Positions 52,912-62,641 of a DNA stretch of 64,000 nucleotides are shown in pieces. Below the pieces are notes generated by a model. That model saw only the letters and a program-made list of their open reading frames with translations. It did not search any database and had not been told where the DNA came from. How positions within the stretch are numbered: position 1 is the stretch's first letter; each line of letters opens with the position of its first letter. Source of the DNA: Candidatus Saccharimonadota bacterium (lineage in GTDB: Bacteria > Patescibacteriota > Saccharimonadia > Saccharimonadales > JAGQNJ01). The stretch is from assembly GCA_036826295.1 (NCBI GenBank), contig DAISWO010000003.1, positions 42,018 through 106,017 on the forward strand, in the 5' to 3' direction. The translations under genes were made by a program, and so were the position numbers.

Positions 52912-55824
52912 CTATCCGGCTTTTTGTATATTAATGGTTAGCTCTGTTCCTTCAAGCTTTACGACTTCTGTATATTTTAGTGCAACTTGTTCGTGTGTGA
53001 GCTTCGAAGCCAGTGTTTCAGAAGCAATGGTAGCTTTATGCTCAGCTATGGCCTGAAGCACTTCTTTATCAGCCGTAACAAGCGATAGCTCTATTCTATC
53101 ATCGACATTCAACTCTGCCTTTTTACGAGCATTTTGTACGTGTCGCACAATCTCTCGCATTAAACCTTCTCGCTGAAGTTCGGGCGTAATCTTTATGTCC
53201 AGCAAAGTGGCTTTCCCAAAACGGACATCCCGAACGTTCACTTCTTCCTTAATGATATCGATATAACCTTGAGCCGTAGCATCAGCTAATCCGCTAATTG
53301 TAAGTGATGAAAGTGGCTGCCGAACCTTAATTTTGGCCTCGCCTCTTTGCGATAAGGCGTCGTTAATGACCTGTCGGGTGTTGGCCATTAACTCAAGCAC
53401 TGACTGATCTTTCTTGGACAGTGTCTCAACTTTTGGCCAGTCACTCAGGTGAACTGATTTCGGTAAACCCGTGCCGTCTGTTAACTCACTCCACAAATAA
53501 TCGCTCAAGAAAGGCGCCCAAGGTGCCAACAGCTGACAGATGCGAACCAGAGTAAACCATAGGGTCTCGTAGGCTTGCTGCTTGTCGGTGTCGTCTTCAG
53601 TCTTCCAGAAACGGCGTCGCGAACGACGAATATACCAATTACTCATATCGTCAATAAGGTTAAAAATCGGCTGGATAGCATGAGCTAATTTGTAATTGTC
53701 GGCCTGCTTAGTTACCTCTTCGATGGTTTCGTTAAGTCGGGCCAACATCCATTGGTCTAGAACGCTGGTGCTTTCTGGTTGCTCGCCGGGGGTCGCTGGT
53801 CCCCAGGCATCGATATCAGCGTACATTTTGAAAAACCGATGTGAGTTCATGAGAGTGCCCAAAACATTACGGTTCAGGTCCTTAAGTGAATCACGGTCAA
53901 AGCGCATATAATCGGCTGTCTGTGTGGCTTGAGTACTCGACAGCAAGAATAGTCGTAAGGTGTCAGCGCCCTCGTCGTTATAAACATCATCGACAGGTGG
54001 ATAGTTCTTGAGTCGTTTGCTCAGCTTTTGACCGTCGGCTGCCATGATCATGCCGTTAACTACGACGTTCTTATAGGCTGGACTATCGAAGAGGATAGTA
54101 TTAACGACATGCTGAACATAAAACCACAACCGAGTTTGATCAAGTCCCTCAATGATAAAGTCGGCTGGAAATGTCTTCTCGAAGGTATCTTTGTTCTCGA
54201 AGGGATAGTGTTGCTGGCCAATACTCATACAGCCCGATTCGAACCAGCAGTCCAAAACCTCTTCGACCCGGTGATAAGTCTTGCCGTCTTTCTCTATAAC
54301 AACATCGTCAACTTTTGGTCGATGGACATCTGATAAATCGAGGTCTTTGTCGCCTGCTAGCTCACGAAGCTTGTCGTAACTATCAATTACTAGGTAGTCG
54401 TCTTCGTCCTCGGTATTAACCCAAATAGGCATTGGCGCACCCCAATAACGATTGCGCGACACTGACCAATCGCGGGCCCCCTCCAACCACTTACCAAATC
54501 GGCCACTCTTGATATTTTCTGGTACCCAGTTAATCTCTTCAGCGGTCCCCATCAGTTGCTCGCGAATGGCTGAAACCTTGATGAACCAACTTGTGATGGC
54601 GTAGTACATCAGAGGTGTTTCGCAACGCCAACAAAATGGATAGGTGTGCGTAAAAGTCAGTGCCGCATACACACGGTCGGCTTTGGTTAGATGTTCGATA
54701 ATGTACTTATCAGCCTTCTTGAAGAAGAAGCCTTTTATTTCATCATAGCCGATATCACCAGTCACCTTACCACTCGCATCGATGGTTTTAAGCACCGGGA
54801 TGTTATGTTCTTGGCCGAGATTTAGATCGTCCTCACCAAAGGCCGGCGCTACATGCAACACTCCTGTTCCATCATCGATGCTAACAAAGTCGGCTGCCCA
54901 GACTTTATAGAGGTTTTCTTTCCCTTCTAAAGTGGCAGCCTCGGCGACTTCAAACAATGATTCATAGCGTTTGCCTACTAGTTCTGTACCGTGAATTTCT
55001 TTCAGAATATGGTAATTATCACTAGAAAGAACTTCGAGGCGTTTCTTCGCCAAGATTATTACTTCTTCCTTGCCGTCGTCGTCTTTGAGCCTTGCATAGA
55101 CATACTCTTCAGTAGGATTAACAGCGATAGCTGCATTTCCCGGCAACGACCAAGGAGTCGTCGTCCAACCCAACAAGAAAGCATCCTCGTCGGCCAATTT
55201 AAACTTCACAAATAAACTAGGGTCAGGCACGTCATCTTTATAACCGTCATTAACCTCGAAATTTGAAAGAGGCGTTTCACAGCGAGGGCAATAGGCCGTG
55301 CTCTTAAATCCTTTGTACAGCAAGCCTTTTTCATTTATCTGACTAAGCGCCCACCACACACTTTCGGTGTAGCTGTTATCAACGGTGGCATAATAGTTAT
55401 CGTACTCGCTCCAACGGCCTAACCGTTGCAACAACACTTCCCACTCGCCCTTGTACTTAAAGATTGAGTCGTTGCAGGCGTTGTTGAACTTCTCTAGCCC
55501 CAGCTCTAAAATCTGCTTCTTACCGCTGACACCAAACTCCTTTTCAATGGCAAACTCCACGGGTAGACCATGGCAGTCCCAGCCATTACGCCTCGGTACG
55601 TAAAAGCCTTGCATAGTTTTATAGCGTAGCACGGAGTCTTTGATAGCTGTCACCAGGCTGTGGCCGAAGTGTGGCAAGCCATTAGCAAACGGTGGGCCAT
55701 CATAAAAACTAAAGAATGGCCCGCCTTTACGCTGTTCCATACTCTTCTCAAATGTCTTATCTGCTTGCCATTTACCAAGAACTGCTTCTTCGATTTTTGC
55801 TAAATTTGATTTTTGCTGTGTCAT
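52912..55824 (-). CDS. ileS: Isoleucine--tRNA ligase, type 2 (eukaryote-like)
   Basis: PPFANGLPHFGH (HIGH-type) and KLSKRLKNYP (KMSKS-type). Start set to ATG 55824 (MTQQKS) with GGAG SD; the track start 55854 is a TTG inside the leader. Confidence 0.92.
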   Translation of the reverse strand: MTQQKSNLAKIEEAVLGKWQADKTFEKSMEQRKGGPFFSFYDGPPFANGLPHFGHSLVTAIKDSVLRYKTMQGFYVPRRNGWDCHGLPVEFAIEKEFGVSGKKQILELGLEKFNNACNDSIFKYKGEWEVLLQRLGRWSEYDNYYATVDNSYTESVWWALSQINEKGLLYKGFKSTAYCPRCETPLSNFEVNDGYKDDVPDPSLFVKFKLADEDAFLLGWTTTPWSLPGNAAIAVNPTEEYVYARLKDDDGKEEVIILAKKRLEVLSSDNYHILKEIHGTELVGKRYESLFEVAEAATLEGKENLYKVWAADFVSIDDGTGVLHVAPAFGEDDLNLGQEHNIPVLKTIDASGKVTGDIGYDEIKGFFFKKADKYIIEHLTKADRVYAALTFTHTYPFCWRCETPLMYYAITSWFIKVSAIREQLMGTAEEINWVPENIKSGRFGKWLEGARDWSVSRNRYWGAPMPIWVNTEDEDDYLVIDSYDKLRELAGDKDLDLSDVHRPKVDDVVIEKDGKTYHRVEEVLDCWFESGCMSIGQQHYPFENKDTFEKTFPADFIIEGLDQTRLWFYVQHVVNTILFDSPAYKNVVVNGMIMAADGQKLSKRLKNYPPVDDVYNDEGADTLRLFLLSSTQATQTADYMRFDRDSLKDLNRNVLGTLMNSHRFFKMYADIDAWGPATPGEQPESTSVLDQWMLARLNETIEEVTKQADNYKLAHAIQPIFNLIDDMSNWYIRRSRRRFWKTEDDTDKQQAYETLWFTLVRICQLLAPWAPFLSDYLWSELTDGTGLPKSVHLSDWPKVETLSKKDQSVLELMANTRQVINDALSQRGEAKIKVRQPLSSLTISGLADATAQGYIDIIKEEVNVRDVRFGKATLLDIKITPELQREGLMREIVRHVQNARKKAELNVDDRIELSLVTADKEVLQAIAEHKATIASETLASKLTHEQVALKYTEVVKLEGTELTINIQKAG

Positions 55825-56070
55825 GTTGCTCCTTTTATAAAACAAATACCTCAAAGGTTTATCTGGATCCGCCAGCTGGCGGAGGTACCATCCAGATTCC
55901 TTTGAGGTGATCTCAAAAGCACTCTTTTTATCAGCTGTTACGGGCTTACCCGGCGAGTTCTAATTTCTGTAACAACAGATTTCTTCTCGCTCCGTTCTCC
56001 TTCGTAGCTTTAGCGAAGGAGGGTCGCAGTTGATGGCTGCTCATAACGGATTGTAGTAATTTCTTACTAA
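55825..56070 (-). promoter_or_regulatory. T-box riboswitch leader of ileS
   Basis: Minus strand 55898..55863 reads AAU CUGGA UGGUACC UCCGCC AGCU GGCGGA UCCAG. This is the T-box consensus with the 7-nt UGGN bulge between two helices. Upstream is a short stem with an internal loop carrying AUU-A (55964..55961). Confidence 0.7.
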
Positions 56071-56075
56071 CCATA

Positions 56076-56104
56076 AATATACCCTATAAACACCTACCGT
56101 TCAA
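56076..56104 (-). promoter_or_regulatory. Sigma-70-like promoter of the ileS T-box leader
   Basis: -35 TTGAAC (56104..56099, inside the end of the upstream ORF), 17-nt spacer, -10 TATATT (56081..56076). Confidence 0.55.
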
Positions 56105-56363
56105 CAAGATACGCAGACACTTCGTCGATTAGTGGCATAGTTTCAGTAGCCCGCCAACTACTAACTAGCTGACCACCGTTATCTAGGGCTACAACCGTTG
56201 GATAACTAACAATATCGTATAGTTCAGCTAATCTGACGCCTTCTTTTGAATCAACATCAAGCAATTCTAGCGCCCTAGAAGTTCGGCGAAGAAAATCTCT
56301 TGCATACTGTTCTACCATTGTCCCATGTTCTGACTGGGGTCTGTAAAGCACAATCACTTTCAT
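56094..56363 (-). CDS. Thioredoxin-fold protein lacking any cysteine
   Basis: 89 aa. VIVLYRPQSEHG sits where WCGPC is expected. The ELYDIVSYPTVVALDNGGQL pattern (cis-Pro loop) is typical of thioredoxins. Zero Cys residues. Confidence 0.6.
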   Translation of the reverse strand: MKVIVLYRPQSEHGTMVEQYARDFLRRTSRALELLDVDSKEGVRLAELYDIVSYPTVVALDNGGQLVSSWRATETMPLIDEVSAYLVER

Positions 56364-56395
56364 CTACCCAGAATACCATCTCTAGGAGGCATTAT

Positions 56396-59173
56396 CTAGC
56401 TACAGCCAGTCGTTGAACCACAGGATGTGCAGACATAACAACTACCTGATCGTTGAGTCTGATTACCACAGTTAAAACATAGCGGTGCCGTATCGTCAGA
56501 CGATGATTTTTCTACAACAACTTGTTCCGTTTCTTTGATTGTTATCTCTGTATTTTGCTCAATTATTGGCTCAGTAATCACGGGTTGATTACCAACCTCT
56601 AGTGAAGTTTGAGATTCTGGCATATCGTCGATTGATGCTAGACCTAATTCTAGTCGATCGTCGAAAGACAGATATTCGTTTGCTAACTTCTTAGCTATGT
56701 AATCAATTAGTGAAGTGGCTGTTCGGATTTCCGGATCATCAGTTATGCCTGAGGGCGCAAACGACATGCTGGTAAAGGATTTTACATAATCCTTTAACGG
56801 CACCCCAAACTGCAATCCATGACTCACGCTAATCGCAAAGGCATCCATAATGCCGCGTAGAGTCGAGCCTTGTTTACTGACATTTACGAATATCTCGCCG
56901 GCGGTACCATCTTCGTACTCTCCCACTGTCATATATCCATGACTATCTGCAACTCTGAAAGAGAACGTTTTGGCCGTTCGTGTTCGAGGCAAGGACTTTC
57001 GCAAAGCCCCACCTTTTAGTACAAATTTATCTTCAATCGAAGCTGTTATTGTAGTGGTCACATCTGCAATCTTCTCTTTATCCTCAGAGCCAGCCTTTTT
57101 AGCCATAGCGAGAGGTTGGCCGACCTTACAGTTATCTCGATACACCGCCACAGCTTTTAATCCAAGTTTCCAAGATTCAATATGTAACTGTTCAATTGCT
57201 TCCACATCAGCCTCTTCGGGCATGTTAACCGTCTTACTAATTGCACCTGATAAGAAAGGCTGAACAGCACCCATCATCTTTACGTGTCCCATGTAGTGAA
57301 TCGAATTATCGCCCATAGAACAAGCAAACACGTTTATATGCTCTGTTTTTAGATGCGGCGCGCCAATAATAGTCTTTTCTACATCTATAAATCCAACGAT
57401 ATCGTCAATTTGCTGCTTTGAATATCCCATAGCGTTAAGTGCACGAGGAACGGTCTGATTAACGATGTGCATTGTTCCGCCACCTACAAGCTTCTTAACC
57501 TTAACGAGTCCTAGGTCCGGCTCAATACCAGTTGTGTCACAGTCCATCATCAAGCCAATTGTGCCCGTAGGAGCCAATACGCTCGCCTGTGAGTTGCGAA
57601 CGCCATGAATTTCAGATAGTTGCACTGCTTCGTCCCAAGAATGCGCTGCAGCGCTTAAAAGCTCTTCAGATACTAGGCTAGCGTCAATCTTTGAGACTTC
57701 CTGCCTATGCATTCCGATGACCTTAAGCATTCCCTCTCGGTCTTTTCTGAATCCAGAGAAGGTACCAACCCTTTGGGCAATCTTGGCACTAGTCGCATAA
57801 GCGTGTCCAGTCATCAATGCAGTAATTGCTGCTGCCTGGGCTCGACCTTCATCAGAGTCGTACGGCAAGCCTTGGGCCATAAGTAATGCACCGAGATTAG
57901 CGTACCCTAGTCCAAGCTCACGATACGCTCGTGCATTTTTGCCAATACTCTCTGTTGGGTATTCTGAATATCCAACCAATATCTCCTGAGCCGTGAATAT
58001 TAATTCAACAGTATGCTTAAATGCCTCTACATCAAAAGTATTATCATCTCGTAGATATTTTAGAAGATTTATCGATGCTAAGTTACAGGCTGAATTATCT
58101 AAGTGCATGTACTCACTACAAGGGTTTGACGCATTAATCCGTCCAGCATTCGGACAAGTATGCCACTTGTTAATTGTAGTATCGAACTGCATCCCTGGGT
58201 CCGCACATTCCCAAGCTGCTTCATTTAATTGCCTAAAGAGTGCTCTGGCTTTGATTGTTTTTACGGCTTTTCCAGTTTTAACTTCTTTAAGATCCCAATC
58301 TGAGTCATTTTCAACGGCTTGCATGAACTCGTCCGTGACCCGCACGGAATTATTGGCGTTTTGATACTGGACAGAGAAAGAATCCTTACCATCTAGGCTC
58401 ATATCAAAACCATTTTCCTCTAACACTCGGGCTTTCCGCTCCTCTATCGCTTTACACCAAATGAATTCTTCAATATCTGGATGATCAATGTTGAGAATGA
58501 CCATTTTTGCGGCTCTACGAGTTTTTCCACCACTTTTTATTGCTCCTGCCGATGCATCAGCACCTCTCATAAAGCTAAGTGGTCCACTAGCCGTACCCGC
58601 ACTCTTTCCTAGTTTTTCAACTGACGAACGGATTCCACTCAAGTTAATGCCTGAACCCGAGCCTCCCTTGAATATCATTCCTTCTTCTTTATACCAATTC
58701 AATATTGCCGGCATAGTGTCTTCAATACCCAAGATAAAACAAGCGCTAGCTTGTTGAGAGCGGCTCGGAGCGCCAATATTGAACCATACAGGAGAATTAA
58801 AGGCTGCTCGTTGAGTGGCAAGGATGTACTTTAGTTCTTCAGAAAAAATTTCAGCTTCTTGATCGGATTCAAAATAATCTTCGCTAAGTCCATGCCGAGT
58901 AACCGTATCAACCACTCTGTTAATCAAATCACGGAGAGAACTTTCACGTTCATCAGTACCCGGAGTCCCGGTAAAATATTTTTGAGCAACAATGTTGACG
59001 GAATTGAGCGACCAACTATCTGGAAAATCAACACCTTTTTGTTCGAAAACAGGCACCTTAGTAAAAGGGTTTGCGATTACCGAATCCCTTTTCACCCATT
59101 TCAACTGATCATACGCACTTTTTTTGGGTTGCGTAAATAACCTCTCAACCCTTAAGCTGGTTGCTTGACTCAT
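56396..59173 (-). CDS. nrdJ: Class II (adenosylcobalamin-dependent) ribonucleotide reductase NrdJ
   Basis: 925 aa. Active-site NPCSEY, a typical N-terminus (ERLFT...YDQLKW) and a Cys-rich C-terminal tail CFNCGNQTQRSGSCYVCTSCGSTTGCS. Confidence 0.9.
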   Translation of the reverse strand: MSQATSLRVERLFTQPKKSAYDQLKWVKRDSVIANPFTKVPVFEQKGVDFPDSWSLNSVNIVAQKYFTGTPGTDERESSLRDLINRVVDTVTRHGLSEDYFESDQEAEIFSEELKYILATQRAAFNSPVWFNIGAPSRSQQASACFILGIEDTMPAILNWYKEEGMIFKGGSGSGINLSGIRSSVEKLGKSAGTASGPLSFMRGADASAGAIKSGGKTRRAAKMVILNIDHPDIEEFIWCKAIEERKARVLEENGFDMSLDGKDSFSVQYQNANNSVRVTDEFMQAVENDSDWDLKEVKTGKAVKTIKARALFRQLNEAAWECADPGMQFDTTINKWHTCPNAGRINASNPCSEYMHLDNSACNLASINLLKYLRDDNTFDVEAFKHTVELIFTAQEILVGYSEYPTESIGKNARAYRELGLGYANLGALLMAQGLPYDSDEGRAQAAAITALMTGHAYATSAKIAQRVGTFSGFRKDREGMLKVIGMHRQEVSKIDASLVSEELLSAAAHSWDEAVQLSEIHGVRNSQASVLAPTGTIGLMMDCDTTGIEPDLGLVKVKKLVGGGTMHIVNQTVPRALNAMGYSKQQIDDIVGFIDVEKTIIGAPHLKTEHINVFACSMGDNSIHYMGHVKMMGAVQPFLSGAISKTVNMPEEADVEAIEQLHIESWKLGLKAVAVYRDNCKVGQPLAMAKKAGSEDKEKIADVTTTITASIEDKFVLKGGALRKSLPRTRTAKTFSFRVADSHGYMTVGEYEDGTAGEIFVNVSKQGSTLRGIMDAFAISVSHGLQFGVPLKDYVKSFTSMSFAPSGITDDPEIRTATSLIDYIAKKLANEYLSFDDRLELGLASIDDMPESQTSLEVGNQPVITEPIIEQNTEITIKETEQVVVEKSSSDDTAPLCFNCGNQTQRSGSCYVCTSCGSTTGCS

Positions 59174-59328
59174 ATTTTTACCCTCACTTGTATATTTTTA
59201 ATATTGTTTAGTTTTTGTTTAGAGTTCTTTTACGTCGCCTAGGCAGTAACACCTCCCCAGATTTTACGTAAAACAGCTCTCTAGAATATTACCGTTGGTT
59301 GTAATGCTCTAGAGAACCGCCAAGTTCT

Positions 59329-59799
59329 TCACTTAGAGTTCCCTTCTTTCATGCTTCGTATCTGTGACAGTTCTTTTTCAAAGCCCGCTATATCTTTAAA
59401 GCGTCTGTACACACTAGCGAAACGAACATATGCAACTTCATTTAGTTTTGCAAGATTCTCCATCACAAGATCACCGATTTTTTTAGTAGTAACCTCATGT
59501 TCGTCGCACGCATATAGTTTACGCTCTATATCGGCGACCATATCTTCAACCTGCATGTTGGTGATAGTTGTCTTTTCGCATGCTCTATACAATCCGGCTT
59601 GTAGTTTTTCTCTGTCGAATAGTTCTCGTACGCCATTGTTCTTGACTACCACTAACTGAGGTCTCTCTATCCTTTCATACGTAGTGAATCGATGATTACA
59701 CTCAGGGCAACTCCTACGCCTTCTGATCGCATCACCACTAGCTACGTCACGAGACTCGATAACCTTTGTGTCGGAGTGTTTGCATTGACTACATTTCAT
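59329..59799 (-). CDS. nrdR: Transcriptional repressor NrdR (zinc ribbon + ATP-cone)
   Basis: MKCSQCKHSDTKVIESRD...CPECNHRFTTYERIE. Start set to ATG 59799, 8 nt after the GGAGG SD; the track GTG 59808 overlaps the SD. Confidence 0.92.
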   Translation of the reverse strand: MKCSQCKHSDTKVIESRDVASGDAIRRRRSCPECNHRFTTYERIERPQLVVVKNNGVRELFDREKLQAGLYRACEKTTITNMQVEDMVADIERKLYACDEHEVTTKKIGDLVMENLAKLNEVAYVRFASVYRRFKDIAGFEKELSQIRSMKEGNSK

Positions 59800-59847
59800 T
59801 TTGCACACCTCCTTTGTTCAAATTTAAAGTACTAGAACCGTATTGAA

Positions 59848-59896
59848 TCACTATATATGGTGCTTGTGATATACACATTAACTCTATGGATGGTGT
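59848..59896 (-). promoter_or_regulatory. Tandem NrdR boxes overlapping the nrdR promoter
   Basis: Box 1, 59848-59863, TCACTATATATGGTGC matches 13/16 of the acaCwAtATaTwGtgt consensus. Box 2, 59881-59896, ACTCTATGGATGGTGT matches 12/16. Start-to-start spacing is 33 nt. Confidence 0.6.
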
Positions 59897-59937
59897 TTTG
59901 CAACAAATAAATGGTGTATTATTTTCGACAAAATTAT

Positions 59938-61239
59938 CTATTTATCGTCGTTGTCTTCGTTAGCTTCTTCTTTGGATCGTTTCTTTTTTAGTCGTCTTAA
60001 GAATGATGGCTTTTCAAGCTCCACTTCACGCTTTTTTTCTTCATCGTCCTCATCCGAATTATTCTCAGAATGATCAGTATGCTCTACAGAAGAATCATCA
60101 GGGTGTTCCATTGTCCAAATATTTGGCATTGGTTGGTCGCTATGGAAATCGTGGCTCTCATCAGTATCAATTGAAGTACTCTTTGAATCCAAATCCATAT
60201 CTATATCATCTATGTCTCCAGTAACCGACGATTCCCCGCTCCCAGATTCTGTTTTTTTATTACTATTCTTTGATGGAGTGAAATATGATGCATCAAACCC
60301 GGTAGCCACTACTGTTAGTATCATTTCTCCTTCGATTTCAGGATTAATTGTAGCTCCAAAAATTATATTCGCATCAGGGTCGGCAGCTTTAGTAATTGAT
60401 TCTGCGGCAGCATTAATTTCATGCATACTCATGTCGTTGCCACCGATTACGTTGAACAAGATGCCTCTTGCACCATCTATGGATACTTCAAGTAGTGGAG
60501 ATTCAATAGCTTGTTGAGCGGCCTTTACGGCTCGGTCTTCGCCACTAGCCCTACCTATGCCCATTAATGCAGATCCTGCATTACTCATAACAGTCTTAAC
60601 ATCAGCAAAATCGAGATTAATTAGTCCATGAACTGTAATAAGGTCAGATATTCCTTGGACTCCCTGTCTTAGAACATCATCGGCAACCTTAAATGCTTCA
60701 AGCAAAGGTGTTTGTCGATCGATAGTCTGTAACAACCTGTCATTTGGAATAGTGATTAAAGTATCGACAGAATCTTTAAGTTTTTCAATCGCAGCCTCAG
60801 CATTACGTTTTCGCTTGTCTCCTTCAAAGGCAAATGGTTTTGTTGCAAATCCTACAACTAATGCACCAGAATCTTTAGCAACTTTGGCTACCACGTGTCC
60901 CGCTCCACTTCCCGTGCCACCACCTGCTCCAATTGTTACGAAGACCATGTCAGCGCCTGCAAGAGTATCACGAATCTCTTCGATCGATTCTTCTGCAGCA
61001 TTCTGCCCCATCATAGGATCAGCGCCAGCACCTAAACCTCTGGTAGCTTCTTTGCCAATATGAATTTTCTTCAATGCTCGCGAATGATGTAGTGCTTGGG
61101 CATCAGTATTGATAGCAATAAACTCGACTCCATCCACTCCAGCATCAATCATCCGATTAATCGCAGCTGAACCCGCTCCACCAACTCCTACGACTTTAAT
61201 TGATGCGAATGTTTCAACTTCTGGTGCGACCTGTGGCAT
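59938..61239 (-). CDS. ftsZ: Cell division protein FtsZ
   Basis: GGGTGSG tubulin signature. Long acidic C-terminal linker with a basic terminal peptide. Confidence 0.95.
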   Translation of the reverse strand: MPQVAPEVETFASIKVVGVGGAGSAAINRMIDAGVDGVEFIAINTDAQALHHSRALKKIHIGKEATRGLGAGADPMMGQNAAEESIEEIRDTLAGADMVFVTIGAGGGTGSGAGHVVAKVAKDSGALVVGFATKPFAFEGDKRKRNAEAAIEKLKDSVDTLITIPNDRLLQTIDRQTPLLEAFKVADDVLRQGVQGISDLITVHGLINLDFADVKTVMSNAGSALMGIGRASGEDRAVKAAQQAIESPLLEVSIDGARGILFNVIGGNDMSMHEINAAAESITKAADPDANIIFGATINPEIEGEMILTVVATGFDASYFTPSKNSNKKTESGSGESSVTGDIDDIDMDLDSKSTSIDTDESHDFHSDQPMPNIWTMEHPDDSSVEHTDHSENNSDEDDEEKKREVELEKPSFLRRLKKKRSKEEANEDNDDK

Positions 61240-61346
61240 GTTTTTACCTCTCTTAGACTAACAATTTTATCTAGTGATAAGTATACCCTAGCTATTGAAC
61301 AACTTCAATGTGCTGTTGGGACTACTTTTTTATAATGCCGAGTAAT

Positions 61347-62597
61347 TTATTTGACTACCCTTTTTTTCAAGTTTTTCCATAAGCCCTCAACCACACCAAA
61401 AACTTTATCATTAGCTCCCTCAAGTCGCTTTCCATGAGCTCCATCTGAGGGCATTAAGAACATATCAAGTAACATCAAACCGACTGCTGTTCTATAGCTT
61501 TGGTCATTGACGGTATCTGCTAGACCTCCAATAGACTGAAGCGAACCAAGTCTAGCCGCTAGTTGAAGTTTGTCTTTGGTAAAATCAGCGATTCCTGGAG
61601 TCTTCGACACTCCCCCTACCAGCACGATACCTCCAGGCAACCTACCTGCCTTATGAATACGCTTCAACTCTTTCTCGATAAGTTCAAATAACTCTTCCAT
61701 GCGAGCTTCAGTAATCATAGCAACTTCACTGGAGTCGAATTCATAATGTTTTTTCTCATGGGTTATTTTCACTTTTGTTGATTTATGATTACCAGATAAT
61801 TTTGAATGCTCTATTTTGACTTTCTCGGCTATATCTAAATCAATTCTAAGTCCAATGGCGAGATCGTTTGTAAGATGTATCCCCCCGACAGGTATTACGC
61901 CAATATACTGAACCTCTCCATCTTCGATAATTACTAAATTAGTGGTTCCAGCCCCTATATCAATCACTAGTGTCCCAGCTTCTTTTTGTTGCCGTGATAA
62001 TACTGCTTCAGCCGCAGCTAGACTTGATACAGTTCTGTGCGACGGTCTGAGGTCACAATGCTCAAGAACACTATATATCGAATTAATATTTGGTGTTGCT
62101 GCTGTTACTATATGCGTATCTACCTCTAGCCTGACGCCATGCATGCCCACTGGGTCTTTGATATTATCTTGGCCATCGATTCTATAATTTTTTGCAAAAA
62201 CTTGAATAATTTCCCTATTCGGAGGCAGGCTAACTATAGTAGCTGCCTCTTCTACCCTTAGTCTATCTTCGTTTGTAATTTCTCTATTAGTAGAGCTAAT
62301 CGCGATAACGCCTTGAGAATTCAGACCTCTAACATGCGATCCGTTAATATTGATAGTAGCTGTGCGAATGTCAAACCCAGAAACTCGCTGAGCCTCGTTA
62401 ACCGCACTAGAAACCGCCTCAACTACATCTTCAACATGAGCAACAACACCTTTCCTCATTCCTAGATTCTTGGAAGTACCATGGCCAACTATAGCCGGCC
62501 GATTAGGATCGGTAGGATCAGTTGTACCAACTACGCATCTTACTGCGCTGGTACCTATATCAAGCCCAACGAAATGTTGTGTGGGTTGTTCTCGCAT
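61347..62597 (-). CDS. ftsA: Cell division protein FtsA
   Basis: Actin-fold motifs (VGLDIGTS, VIDIGAGTT). Directly upstream of ftsZ. Confidence 0.92.
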   Translation of the reverse strand: MREQPTQHFVGLDIGTSAVRCVVGTTDPTDPNRPAIVGHGTSKNLGMRKGVVAHVEDVVEAVSSAVNEAQRVSGFDIRTATININGSHVRGLNSQGVIAISSTNREITNEDRLRVEEAATIVSLPPNREIIQVFAKNYRIDGQDNIKDPVGMHGVRLEVDTHIVTAATPNINSIYSVLEHCDLRPSHRTVSSLAAAEAVLSRQQKEAGTLVIDIGAGTTNLVIIEDGEVQYIGVIPVGGIHLTNDLAIGLRIDLDIAEKVKIEHSKLSGNHKSTKVKITHEKKHYEFDSSEVAMITEARMEELFELIEKELKRIHKAGRLPGGIVLVGGVSKTPGIADFTKDKLQLAARLGSLQSIGGLADTVNDQSYRTAVGLMLLDMFLMPSDGAHGKRLEGANDKVFGVVEGLWKNLKKRVVK

Positions 62598-62641
62598 GTG
62601 TAAGAGTATAACGCTTATATTTACTTCACATCAAGCTATTA

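Noticed and set aside
59174-59328. Cobalamin riboswitch or NrdR boxes in the nrdR-nrdJ spacer.
   Set aside because: CTGGGGAGGTGTTACTGCC only vaguely resembles a B12 box, and the 155-nt spacer is too short for the full aptamer. B12 riboswitches usually control B12-independent enzymes, not NrdJ. No sequence fits the NrdR palindrome well.
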